DNA from: Sedimenticolaceae bacterium | GTDB taxonomy: Bacteria; Pseudomonadota; Gammaproteobacteria; Chromatiales; Chromatiaceae | Length of the DNA: 64,000 bases | Assembly (NCBI GenBank): GCA_050295355.1 | Contig: JBNKPL010000002.1 | Coordinates: 1,353 to 65,352, forward strand | Direction of reading: 5' to 3' | In this document: positions 38,870 to 47,814 of the stretch, piece after piece | Layout: every line of letters begins with the position of its first letter | How positions within the stretch are numbered: position 1 is the stretch's first letter | Notes under the pieces: generated by a model | What the model was told of the DNA's origin: nothing | What the model saw: only the letters and a program-made list of their open reading frames with translations | Database searches by the model: none | Position numbers and translations under genes: made by a program

Positions 38870-39435
38870 GCCGTTGCCGAAACGGCAATCTCACCCGGCT
38901 CGCCAGGAGCGGGCAGAGGCCAGCCCCAGTTGCCGAGATGGACGGGGACGGGCTGCATACTGATGCAGTCCACGGGGCAGGGTTCCACGCAGGCCTTGCA
39001 GCCGATGCATTCCGCGCTGATGACCGTGTGCAGCTGGCGGGTGGTGCCGAGGATGGCGTCCACCGGGCAGTGCTTGAGGCAGACGGCGCAACCGATGCAC
39101 TCCTGTTCGTTGATCACGGCGACCAGGGGACCGGCCACCTCGGTGTCTCCTTCCCCCAGAGGCATGGGATCCACGCCCAGCAGTTCCGCGATGGCGATCA
39201 TGGTGGACTCACCGCCCGGGGGGCAGCCGTTGATGGGCGCGTTGCCGGCCACCACCGCTTCCGCATAGGGCGTACAACCGGGAAATCCGCACTGGCCGCA
39301 CTGGCTTTGGGGCAGAAGTTCGGAAACCTTTTCCGCCATGGGGTCCTCTTCCACATGGAAATGGATGGAGGCAAAGCCCAGGCTCAGACCGAAGAGAAGG
39401 GCGAGTAGAGATATGGCGATGATCGCAACCAGCAT
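38866..39435 (-). CDS. rnfB: Rnf/Rsx complex subunit B
   Basis: N-terminal TM segment, CGQCGFPGC cluster, and two ferredoxin motifs ([24 protein letters not shown]). Confidence 0.93.
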   Translation of the reverse strand: MLVAIIAISLLALLFGLSLGFASIHFHVEEDPMAEKVSELLPQSQCGQCGFPGCTPYAEAVVAGNAPINGCPPGGESTMIAIAELLGVDPMPLGEGDTEVAGPLVAVINEQECIGCAVCLKHCPVDAILGTTRQLHTVISAECIGCKACVEPCPVDCISMQPVPVHLGNWGWPLPAPGEPGEIAVSATA

Positions 39436-39450
39436 GCTAGACCGCTCCCT

Positions 39451-40032
39451 TTACGCAGAAACCAGGCCGGCGAAGCCCAGGAACGCCATGGACATCAGGC
39501 CGGCAGTAATCATCCCGATGGCGCTGCCCTTGAAGGGCGCGGGTACATCGGAGACATTGATACGCTCACGTACCGACGCGAACAGGATCAGCACCAGGGA
39601 GAAACCGGCGGCGGCGCCGAAGCCGTACAGGGCGGATTCGATAAAGTCGTGCTTCTCCTGGATATTGAGCAGGGCCACCCCAAGCACAATGCAGTTGGTG
39701 GTGATCAGGGGCAGGAAGATGCCCAGCAACTGATATAGCACCGGGCTGGTCTTGTGCATCACCATCTCGGTGAACTGCACCAGTACAGCGATGATCATGA
39801 TGAAGGCGATGGTGCGCAGATAGCCCAGGCCCAGGGGCACCAGCATATATTCGTTGGTCAGGTAGCTGACCACGGAGGCCAGGGTGAGCACGAAGCTGGT
39901 GGCCAGGCTCATGCCCACCGCCGTTTCGATCTTGCCGGAAACGCCCATGAAGGGGCAGAGCCCAAGGAATTTCACCAGTACAAAGTTGTTAACCAGTACC
40001 GTACTTACAAGGATAAGGATGTACTCTTGCAT
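39451..40032 (-). CDS. rnfA: Rnf/Rsx complex subunit A
   Basis: [32 protein letters not shown] is near-identical to the E. coli RsxA N-terminus. 193 aa. The upstream 28-codon extension was rejected. Confidence 0.95.
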   Translation of the reverse strand: MQEYILILVSTVLVNNFVLVKFLGLCPFMGVSGKIETAVGMSLATSFVLTLASVVSYLTNEYMLVPLGLGYLRTIAFIMIIAVLVQFTEMVMHKTSPVLYQLLGIFLPLITTNCIVLGVALLNIQEKHDFIESALYGFGAAAGFSLVLILFASVRERINVSDVPAPFKGSAIGMITAGLMSMAFLGFAGLVSA

Positions 40033-40477
40033 GGGAGACCCTACCTGGAAAATTTCAATTGCCGATGCGGCGCGTGGCGGAGCAACCCCGTAATCTCCGT
40101 AGCTGGCATGGCTCAAAGCAAAATAGACTATCAGATATTGCTAATGTGTAACATTGATTTTTCTGATGTATTTATTAGCCGTGATATCCCGGGGCCGTGC
40201 GGTCATGGGGGTCAGGGAATCCATGTGAACCGGGGGGTTGTTAGGGGTTGGGGGTGGGTTTGGGCGCCTGATCGTCCCTATCGGCGAGTGGGAAATCCGC
40301 GCCGTCCGCCAGCGAATTCCGCGCTGGGACAGCGAATGTTGATAGAGAGCGGCTGTGCTATTCTGCAAGGGTATCTCGTCAGCCGTCCTCCGTCCGGCTG
40401 ATGAGCTGAAGGCCTTCGCGAGTTCCCTGGTTCCTGCAGGATTGATAGGAGACCGGGGACCATAGGCAGGAGTGAAC

Positions 40478-41338
40478 ATGGTTGATGCAGATAAAACGGG
40501 TGAGGAGCTGAAAGCGCAACGCTTTCAGATGTTGCAGGACATCGCCAGCGAACTGACCGGTGATATCACTTTCCCCACCAGCTTCGATACCGCTATCCAT
40601 CTGCGCGAGAAGCTCAGTAACGAGGACTGGTCACTGGAAGAGGTCGCGGTGGCGCTCAACGCCGAGCCGCTGGTCGCCTCCCGTCTGGTGGGGATGGCCA
40701 ACTCCGCGGCCTATAACACGGGTGGCGACGAGATCACCGACGTCAAGCGGGCGGTGATGCGGCTGGGTATGAATCTGGTGCGCTTCACCGCGCTGACAGT
40801 GGCCACCCAGCAGATCAGCGGCGCCGTGTCAGAGACGGCCTTTAAGGCGTTCTCGGAAAAGCTTTGGCGGCACTCCCTGCGAACCGCCAGCGCCGCTTAT
40901 GTCATCTGCAAGCACTTCGCCAGCTACGAACCCGATGAGGCCCTGCTGGCCGGTATGGTGCATGACATCGGCGCCTTCTACATGCTCTATCGCGCCTCCC
41001 AATACGAAGAGTTGTGCCAGCGTCCGAAGACCGTCATACACATGATCATGCAGTGGCACGACAGTATCGGCTGTACGCTGCTGGATACCCTCGGCATGCC
41101 CGAGAAGATTGTAGAGGCGGTGCGGGAGCATGATCAGCCCCGCCCCGTAACGGCCAAAATACTCAGCCTGAAAGATATTATTTATGTGGCCAATCTCATG
41201 GCCGGAGGCGCCGCTGAGTGGAAGCTGATGGACGAAGACTCGGGCAGGGAGCAGTTTGCAAAACTTGATGACCGGTTTATGGATCTGAAGGAAGAGATCC
41301 TTCAGCACGAGAAGGAGTTTCGTGCGTTCATCATCTGA
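40478..41338 (+). CDS. HDOD domain-containing signalling protein
   Basis: HDOD-type pattern (LPTSFD-like region, EVAVALNAEPLVASRLVGMANSAAYN, HDIGAFYM). ATG 40478 lies 5 nt after AGGAG. Confidence 0.8.
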   Translation: MVDADKTGEELKAQRFQMLQDIASELTGDITFPTSFDTAIHLREKLSNEDWSLEEVAVALNAEPLVASRLVGMANSAAYNTGGDEITDVKRAVMRLGMNLVRFTALTVATQQISGAVSETAFKAFSEKLWRHSLRTASAAYVICKHFASYEPDEALLAGMVHDIGAFYMLYRASQYEELCQRPKTVIHMIMQWHDSIGCTLLDTLGMPEKIVEAVREHDQPRPVTAKILSLKDIIYVANLMAGGAAEWKLMDEDSGREQFAKLDDRFMDLKEEILQHEKEFRAFII

Positions 41339-41385
41339 TGGTTTTCCGCGCACCTAGGCGCACGCGCTTTCCGGGAACACCCTAT

Positions 41386-41446
41386 AAAAACCCTGTCCCG
41401 AGGGCGATGAATATCCGTGCCTGATTCAATCGCCCCGGGGACAGGG
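41386..41446 (-). terminator. Intrinsic terminator of metG (long hairpin between convergent genes)
   Basis: 18-bp arms ccctgtcccgagggcgat / atcgccccggggacaggg. On the minus strand they are followed by TTTTT. Confidence 0.7.
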
Positions 41447-41452
41447 CGACAT

Positions 41453-43561
41453 TCATTTGACCTTCATTCCCGGCTCGGCGCCTGCGTCGGGATTCAGTAT
41501 AAACAGGTCTTTGCCGCCCGGTCCCGCCGCCAGCACCATGCCCTCGGAGACCCCGAAGCGCATCTTGCGCGGGGCGAGGTTGGCGACCATTACCGTGAGT
41601 TTTCCTTCCAGCTCCTCGGGCGCGTAGGCGGATTTGATGCCGGCGAACACGTTGCGGATCTCGCCGCCCAGGTCGAGGGTGAGCTGCAGCAGCTTGTCCG
41701 CCCCCTCCACATGCTCCGCCTTGAGGATCTTCACCACGCGCAGGTCCACCTTGGCGAAGTCGCCGAACTCGATCTCATCGGCGATGGGGTCCTTGGCCAG
41801 ATGGCCCTCCGTCGCGGTCTCGTGCGGCTTGGTCTTTTTGGCGTCGGTGGCGGTCAGGTCTTCTTTGGATGCTTCTATCATGGCTTCGATCTGTTTCGGG
41901 TCAACGCGAGTCATAAGGTGTTGGTATGGATTGATTTTGTGCCCATTTGGCAACGTATTATTCAAATCAGCCCATTTCAGCGGCTTCACGTTTAGGAAGC
42001 GAGCAACTTCCTCGGCGATATTTGGAAGAACAGGCGCAAGGTAAATGCTAAGTATTCTGAATGCTTCGATCGTTGCGCTGCAAACCTCATGGAGGACGTA
42101 GCGGTTTGCGTTATCGTCTAGGAGTTTGGCGATTTTCCAGGGTTTCTGTTGATCCCAATATTGGTTGATCTTGTCAGCAAGGCTCATGATCAGGGTCATT
42201 GCGTATTTGAATCGGCGATTCTCGTAGTGGTAGGCGATCGTTTTTGAGTCTTCTAAAAGCTCTTCAATTAAGTGGAAACGAAGTGTCTCCGTTTCAGTTG
42301 TGCCTCGCTGAGAAACCGTGATCCCCGGTAAATCTCCGATTTCACTATTGAAATGCTTTGTTAAAAATCCGGCAGCACGGCTTGCGATATTTACATATTT
42401 GCCCACCAAATCTGAATTTACACGCAATGTGAAATCTTCAAGATTGAGATCGATGTCCTCCACCCCGGAGCCGAGCTTGGCGGCGAAGTAGTAGCGCAGG
42501 TATTCGGGATTCAGGTGATCCAGGTAGGTGCGCGCCTTGATGAAGGTGCCGCGGGACTTGGACATCTTTTGGCCGTCCACGGTGAGGAAGCCGTGGGAGA
42601 AGATGGCGCTGGGGGTGCGGAACCCGGACCCGCTGAGCATGGCGGGCCAGAACAGGGCGTGGAAATAGATGATGTCCTTGCCGATGAAGTGGTACAGCTC
42701 GGCCTCGGAGTCCTCTTTCCAGAACTCCTCAAACTCCAGCCCTTCGGTGCGATCACAGAGGTTCTTGAAGCTGGCCATGTAACCGATGGGGGCGTCGAGC
42801 CAGACATAGAAATATTTGCCCGGGTGGTCCGGGATCTCGAAACCGAAATAGGGGGCGTCACGGGAGATGTCCCACTCCTGCAGGCCCGCCTCGAACCACT
42901 CATTGAGCTTGTTGGCGATCTCCGGCTGCAGGTGCTCGCCCTTGATCCAGTACTGCAGCATCCCCTCGAAGTCGCCAAGGCGGAAGAAGTAGTGCTCCGA
43001 CTCTTTGGTGATCGGGGTGGCCCCGGAGACGGCGGAGACCGGGTTCTTCAGCTCGCTCGGGGAGTAGCTGGCGCCGCACGCCTCGCAGTTGTCGCCGTAC
43101 TGGTCCACGGCGCCGCACTTGGGGCACTCGCCCTTGATGAAGCGGTCCGGCAGGAACATCTTCTCCACGGGGTCGTAGGCCTGGGTGATGGTGCGGTTGG
43201 CGATGTGGCCGCCGTCCCGCAGCCGTTCGTAGATCAGGCTGGCGTACGCCCGGTTCTCGTCCGAGTGGGTGGAGTGGTAGTTGTCGAAGCTCACATTGAA
43301 ATCAGCGAAATCCGCCTTGTGCTCCTCGGCCACCCGGGCGATCAGCTGTTCCGGCTCGATCCCCTCCTGGCGCGCGCGCAGCATAATGGGGGTGCCGTGG
43401 GCGTCGTCGGCGCAGACGTAGAGGCAGCGGTTCCCTTGCATTTTCTGAAACCGGACCCAGATATCGGTCTGAATGTATTCCACCAGATGGCCGATGTGGA
43501 TCGGCCCGTTGGCGTAGGGCAGGGCGCTGGTGACCAGGATGTTGCGGGGTTCTGTGCTCAT
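41453..43561 (-). CDS. metG: Methionyl-tRNA synthetase
   Basis: Start [26 protein letters not shown] (HIGH motif), KMSKS, zinc knuckles CPKCG and CEACG, and a C-terminal Trbp111-like domain. 702 aa. Confidence 0.96.
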   Translation of the reverse strand: MSTEPRNILVTSALPYANGPIHIGHLVEYIQTDIWVRFQKMQGNRCLYVCADDAHGTPIMLRARQEGIEPEQLIARVAEEHKADFADFNVSFDNYHSTHSDENRAYASLIYERLRDGGHIANRTITQAYDPVEKMFLPDRFIKGECPKCGAVDQYGDNCEACGASYSPSELKNPVSAVSGATPITKESEHYFFRLGDFEGMLQYWIKGEHLQPEIANKLNEWFEAGLQEWDISRDAPYFGFEIPDHPGKYFYVWLDAPIGYMASFKNLCDRTEGLEFEEFWKEDSEAELYHFIGKDIIYFHALFWPAMLSGSGFRTPSAIFSHGFLTVDGQKMSKSRGTFIKARTYLDHLNPEYLRYYFAAKLGSGVEDIDLNLEDFTLRVNSDLVGKYVNIASRAAGFLTKHFNSEIGDLPGITVSQRGTTETETLRFHLIEELLEDSKTIAYHYENRRFKYAMTLIMSLADKINQYWDQQKPWKIAKLLDDNANRYVLHEVCSATIEAFRILSIYLAPVLPNIAEEVARFLNVKPLKWADLNNTLPNGHKINPYQHLMTRVDPKQIEAMIEASKEDLTATDAKKTKPHETATEGHLAKDPIADEIEFGDFAKVDLRVVKILKAEHVEGADKLLQLTLDLGGEIRNVFAGIKSAYAPEELEGKLTVMVANLAPRKMRFGVSEGMVLAAGPGGKDLFILNPDAGAEPGMKVK

Positions 43562-43806
43562 CGTACGGCTGTTTGTGTCGAGTGGCTGAAAACGACGCAT
43601 TATGACATGAGACGGACGGGTAACATACATAGGATACCCGTAACCGCCTTTGCGTCCTTTGCGTGTCTATTCTCTCGGGTTGGATGGAATGACTGACCGT
43701 TTTGGTTGGGGAACTGGGGCCGCTGGGGTAGAATGCGCGCCCATATTTATCAACGATTTTCAGGGGATTCGGCCGCGAGCCGGTCCGGTAGCAGGAGTAA
43801 CAGATT

Positions 43807-44898
43807 ATGTCAGAGCTGACGCGCGAGCAGATCGAAGCGGCCATCGCGGAGTATGTGGAGCCCCATCTTGAGAAGGACCTGATTCAGGCCAAGGCGGTCA
43901 AGGATGTGGCGATCGATGGCGGCAAGGTGAAGGTGACGATCGAACTGGGCTTTCCCGCCCAGGGGGTTCAGGAAGCACTGGCCAACGCCGTGAAGGAGAA
44001 GGTGGAAGCGGTGGCGGGCGTCGCCTCCGCGGAAGTGACCGTCGGCTGGAAGATCGTGGCCCACTCGGTGCAGAAATCCCTCAAGCCCATCGACAACGTG
44101 AAGAACATCATCGCCGTCGCCTCCGGCAAGGGCGGCGTGGGCAAATCCACCACCGCCGTCAACCTGGCCCTGGCTTTGGCGGAAGAGGGCGCCAAGGTGG
44201 GCGTGCTGGACGCCGATATCTACGGCCCCTCCCAGCCGCGTATGCTCGGCGTCTCCGGTCAGCCGGAGTCGAAGGACGGCAAGACCCTGGAGCCCATGGA
44301 GAACTACGGCCTGCAGGCCATGTCCATCGGTTTTCTGGTAGAGGAAGAGACCCCCATGATCTGGCGCGGTCCCATGGTCACCCAGGCCCTGGAACAGCTG
44401 TTGAACGATACCAACTGGGATGATCTTGATTATCTGGTCATCGACCTGCCGCCGGGCACCGGCGACACCCAGCTGACCCTGGCCCAGAAGGTGCCGGTCT
44501 CCGGCGCCGTGATCGTCACCACCCCCCAGGACATCGCCCTGCTGGATGCCCGCAAGGGGTTTAAGATGTTCGAGAAGGTGGAGGTGCCCGTGCTGGGCAT
44601 CGTGGAGAACATGAGCATTCATATCTGTTCCGAATGCGGTCATGAAGAGCACATCTTCGGTCAGGGCGGCGGCTCCAGCATGGCCGAGCAGTACGGCGTG
44701 GACTTCCTCGGCGCCCTGCCGCTGGATATCCGCATCCGCGAGGAGACCGATAGCGGCAAGCCCACCGTAGTGGCGGAACCGGAATCCCGCATTGCCCAGA
44801 TCTATCGTGAGATCGCACGCAAGACCGCGGCCAAGCTGTCGTTGCAGGCGAAGAACTACGCGGCCAAGTTTCCGAATATTGTTATTCAGAATAACTGA
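43807..44898 (+). CDS. apbC: Fe-S cluster carrier ATPase ApbC/Mrp
   Basis: N-terminal DUF59-like region, deviant Walker A SGKGGVGKST, and CxxC (CSECGH). Confidence 0.93.
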   Translation: MSELTREQIEAAIAEYVEPHLEKDLIQAKAVKDVAIDGGKVKVTIELGFPAQGVQEALANAVKEKVEAVAGVASAEVTVGWKIVAHSVQKSLKPIDNVKNIIAVASGKGGVGKSTTAVNLALALAEEGAKVGVLDADIYGPSQPRMLGVSGQPESKDGKTLEPMENYGLQAMSIGFLVEEETPMIWRGPMVTQALEQLLNDTNWDDLDYLVIDLPPGTGDTQLTLAQKVPVSGAVIVTTPQDIALLDARKGFKMFEKVEVPVLGIVENMSIHICSECGHEEHIFGQGGGSSMAEQYGVDFLGALPLDIRIREETDSGKPTVVAEPESRIAQIYREIARKTAAKLSLQAKNYAAKFPNIVIQNN

Positions 44899-44922
44899 TG
44901 AGCGGTTAGCTGATGTTTGGTT

Positions 44923-44946
44923 AAGGGGGCTTCGGCCCCCTTTTTG
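44923..44946 (+). terminator. Intrinsic terminator of apbC
   Basis: aaGGGGGC-ttcg-GCCCCCttttt, 25 nt after the stop. Confidence 0.8.
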
Positions 44947-45042
44947 TTGCCTGTATTGTAGGGTGACCTTACCCAGCATTTTCCTGTTTCGATATCGGTA
45001 ATCAAAAGAAAAAGCCCCTATCTATATAGGGTTGACGCATCT

Positions 45043-45060
45043 GGTAATTTGTTTGTTACC
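45043..45060. promoter_or_regulatory. TyrR-box-like palindrome upstream of the DAHP synthase gene
   Basis: GGTAATTTGTTTGTTACC versus TGTAAA-N6-TTTACA: 8 of 12 specified positions match, and the G-N14-C spacing is kept. It lies between TTGACG (45032) and the TATTAT/TATAAT boxes. Confidence 0.25.
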
Positions 45061-45124
45061 CCAAACATCGTATTATTACCGGCCCTATAATCATTTGCGG
45101 GCATAATCCAACACGCCGATACCC

Positions 45125-46201
45125 ATGACGAAGCACCAGATATACAACACCAACGTCGCCGATGAGCGGGTTCTGATCTCCCCGGCGGAGCTGAAAAAGC
45201 ACCTCCCCAACACACCCGAGGGGGAAGAACTGGTATGGCAGGCGCGTCAGACCATCAAGAACATCCTGGCCCGCAAGGACCACCGGCTGTGCGTGGTGGT
45301 GGGCCCCTGCTCCATCCATGACGTGGAGGCCGCCAAGGAGTATGCGCAGCGGCTGAAGCGGCTCCATGATGAGCTTTCCGATAGCCTCTATATCGTGATG
45401 CGGATCTATTTCGAGAAGCCGCGCACCACCGTGGGCTGGAAGGGGTTGATCAACGACCCTTACATGGACGACTCCTTCCGCATTGAGGAGGGGTTGCACA
45501 AGGGGCGGCAACTGCTGCTGTGGCTGGCGGAGATGGGCCTGCCCGCCGCCACCGAGGCGCTGGACCCCATCAGCCCCCAGTACATGTCGGATCTTTTCGC
45601 CTGGGCGGCCATCGGCGCGCGCACCACGGAATCCCAGACTCACCGCGAGATGGCGAGCGGTCTCTCCATGCCGGTGGGTTTCAAGAACGGCACCGACGGC
45701 GGGCTGGCGGTGGCGATCAACGCCCTGCATTCGGTCTCCCAGCCCCACAGTTTTCTGGGCATTAACCAGCAGGGGCAGGTGACGGTGATGAAGACCACGG
45801 GCAATGTCTGCGGACATGTGATCCTGCGCGGCGGTGACCGGCAGCCCAACTACGACTCCGTTCATATCGCCCTCTGCGAAGAGGCGTTGCGAGAGGTGGG
45901 ACTGCCGGAAAACATCATGGTGGATTGCAGTCACGGCAACTCCAGCAAAAAACCGGAGTTGCAGCCGCTGGTGGCGGACAATGTAGCCAATCAGATCCTG
46001 GAGGGTAACCGCTCCATCATGGGTATCATGCTGGAGAGCAACCTGAAGGCGGGCAATCAGAAGATCCCCGCCGACCTGAGCAAGCTGGAGTACGGTCTGT
46101 CAGTCACCGACGCCTGTATCGACTGGGACACCACGGAAACCCTGCTGCGCGATATGTCCGGGAAGCTGGAGGGACCGCTGAAGGCGAGGGTGAAGGAGTA
46201 A
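45125..46201 (+). CDS. Class I 3-deoxy-7-phosphoheptulonate (DAHP) synthase (AroF/G/H type; isozyme not assignable)
   Basis: Aligns along its full length to E. coli AroG by eye (GPCSIHD, RIYFEKPRTTVGWKGLINDP, GARTTESQTHRE, KNGTDG). Confidence 0.93.
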   Translation: MTKHQIYNTNVADERVLISPAELKKHLPNTPEGEELVWQARQTIKNILARKDHRLCVVVGPCSIHDVEAAKEYAQRLKRLHDELSDSLYIVMRIYFEKPRTTVGWKGLINDPYMDDSFRIEEGLHKGRQLLLWLAEMGLPAATEALDPISPQYMSDLFAWAAIGARTTESQTHREMASGLSMPVGFKNGTDGGLAVAINALHSVSQPHSFLGINQQGQVTVMKTTGNVCGHVILRGGDRQPNYDSVHIALCEEALREVGLPENIMVDCSHGNSSKKPELQPLVADNVANQILEGNRSIMGIMLESNLKAGNQKIPADLSKLEYGLSVTDACIDWDTTETLLRDMSGKLEGPLKARVKE

Positions 46202-46317
46202 CGACTCTCAGGGCGTGACGTGTGTACTTAACTGTGTACATAACGCCGCTCTCACCTCAGAACCGCCTACGGCGTTTCATCAGGTACTTCCTGAACTCGC
46301 GTTGCTCGTTCTGGTCG

Positions 46318-46617
46318 CGCACATCCATGTGCTCCGCGGCATAAGGCCATCCATGGCCAGCGCCGCTCTTGTGCATCCCTGCACCCGCGGCGTACTACCG
46401 CCAGGGATGGCGGGTATACTGGAAACGCAGGAGCAGTTTCCAGTGCGTACATCCTGTACATAACGCCGCTCCCGCACGTCCATGTGCTCCACGGCATAAG
46501 ACCATCCCTGGCCAGCGCCGCTTTTGTGCATCCCTGCACCCGCGGCGTACTACCGCCAGGGATGGCGGGTATACTGGAAACGCAGGAGCAGTTCCCAGTG
46601 CGTACATCCTGTACATA
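46318..46617. repeat. Tandem duplication of a 145-bp structured unit (period 155 bp, about 96% identity)
   Basis: Copies at 46318-46462 and 46473-46617 differ at 6 positions. Both end in tgtacataa. The junction motif tgtacataacgccgctc also occurs at 46235. Confidence 0.85.
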
Positions 46618-46649
46618 AAAAAAAGGCCGCCAAGAGGATTGGCGGCCTT
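46617..46649 (-). terminator. Orphan intrinsic terminator (minus strand) about 200 nt downstream of the rpoH terminator
   Basis: Minus strand AAGGCCGCCA-atcctct-TGGCGGCCTT followed by T-rich TTTTTTATG. There is no T run on the plus-strand side. Confidence 0.7.
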
Positions 46650-46817
46650 AACCAAAGGAGGAGATGCCGGCACAGCGATCAAATCTAAAATTAGGTCTAC
46701 CGCTGACCGTGGAACTATTGGACCATATCGATCCCACCCTACGCATTGAGAATTCTCAATAAATCCAAGGAAAAAACCGAAAAGCGCTATTTTCCCCAAC
46801 CCCCTTGTTTTACCTAT

Positions 46818-46844
46818 AAAAAACCCGGCTTTCGGCCGGGTTTT
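46818..46844 (-). terminator. rpoH intrinsic terminator (bidirectional shape)
   Basis: aaaaaCCCGGC-tttcg-GCCGGGttttt, 23 nt after the rpoH stop. Confidence 0.75.
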
Positions 46845-46866
46845 TGGCTGTGGATGGGCAATCGGG

Positions 46867-47718
46867 CTATACGGCCAGCTGCGCCTTCATCTTCTCCATG
46901 GCTCGCTTTTCGATCTGGCGAATACGTTCCGCAGAGACGCCGAAGCGGTCGGCCAGTTCATGCAGGGTGGACTTCTGTTCGGTCAGCCAGCGCGCCTCGA
47001 GGATGGATTTGCTGCGCTCGTCCAGGCTCTCCAGCGCCATATAGAGCTGCTCTTTCTCGTTCTCTTCGCTATCCGCTGCCTCCAGCTGACGGGAGGGTTC
47101 CATACGCATATCCGGAAGATAGCCGGCCGGTGCCACCGGGGCGTGATCATCGCTGTCATCCATGCCGCCGTCGAAGGCCAGGTCATGTTTGTTGAGCCGG
47201 GCCTCCATCTCCAGCACGGTCTCGGGTTTTACCCCCAGCTCGTTGGCCACATGCTCCACCTCTTCCTGGGTAAACCAGCCGAGGCGTTTTTTGGAGCTGC
47301 GCAGGTTGAAGAAGAGTTTGCGCTGCGCCTTGGTGGTGGCCACCTTCACGATACGCCAGTTGCGCAGTACGAATTCATGAATCTCCGCCTTCACCCAGTG
47401 AACGGCGAAGGAGACCAGACGAACGCCCATATCGGGGTCGAAGCGGCGCACCGCCTTCATCAGGCCGACGGTGCCCTCCTGAATCAGGTCGGGCAGGGCC
47501 AGGCCGTAACCGGAGTAGCCGCGGGCGATGCGGATGACAAACCGCAGGTGAGAAAGCACCAGCGCCTTGGCGGCCTCCAGGTCGTTTTCGTTCCGCAGCC
47601 GCAGGGCAAGAGTGCGCTCCTCTTCCGCCGTGAGCATCGGCAGCTGATAGGCCGCGCTGATGTAGGCGTCGATACTCCCCGTGGGCAGGGTCATCGGGAT
47701 AGCAAGTTCTTTACTCAT
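46867..47718 (-). CDS. rpoH: RNA polymerase sigma-32 factor RpoH
   Basis: RpoH box QRKLFFNLR, with sigma-70 regions 2 and 4 recognisable. It lies downstream of ftsYEX as in E. coli. Confidence 0.96.
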   Translation of the reverse strand: MSKELAIPMTLPTGSIDAYISAAYQLPMLTAEEERTLALRLRNENDLEAAKALVLSHLRFVIRIARGYSGYGLALPDLIQEGTVGLMKAVRRFDPDMGVRLVSFAVHWVKAEIHEFVLRNWRIVKVATTKAQRKLFFNLRSSKKRLGWFTQEEVEHVANELGVKPETVLEMEARLNKHDLAFDGGMDDSDDHAPVAPAGYLPDMRMEPSRQLEAADSEENEKEQLYMALESLDERSKSILEARWLTEQKSTLHELADRFGVSAERIRQIEKRAMEKMKAQLAV

Positions 47719-47787
47719 GGCTAATAACCTAGTGCTTTAGTCTGGAATTAATATTAGCACCCTTTGATAGGGTGTGCCAGCTGATTT

Positions 47788-47814
47788 TTAGCAGTCTCGC
47801 CGTTAGAGTGCTAA
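47788..47814. promoter_or_regulatory. CIRCE-like inverted repeat (HrcA operator type) upstream of rpoH
   Basis: Plus strand TTAGCAGTC-N9-GAGTGCTAA versus the consensus TTAGCACTC-N9-GAGTGCTAA: one mismatch and an exact 9-nt spacer. Confidence 0.5.

Noticed and set aside
46573-46599. Sigma-54-like string GGGAAC-N5-CTGC inside the copy-2 hairpin (minus strand).
   Set aside because: It is simply one arm plus the loop of the hairpin. Copy 1 has the wrong spacing (TGGAAAC), and there is no upstream activator site.
46664-46762. The 32-codon plus-strand ORF as a type I toxin, with the minus-strand RNA as its antitoxin.
   Set aside because: The peptide is not hydrophobic or membrane-like and has no typical toxin features. 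The SD-to-ATG spacing is very short (2-4 nt). It is kept only as an alternative reading in the finding.
46267-46799. ORFs of 83-134 aa across the tandem repeat (46267-46539, 46280-46531, 46369-46749, 46395-46799).
   Set aside because: They exist on both strands and in several frames because of the repeat. They lack start-codon context and run through terminator hairpins. Their peptides are repeat-driven with no recognisable fold.
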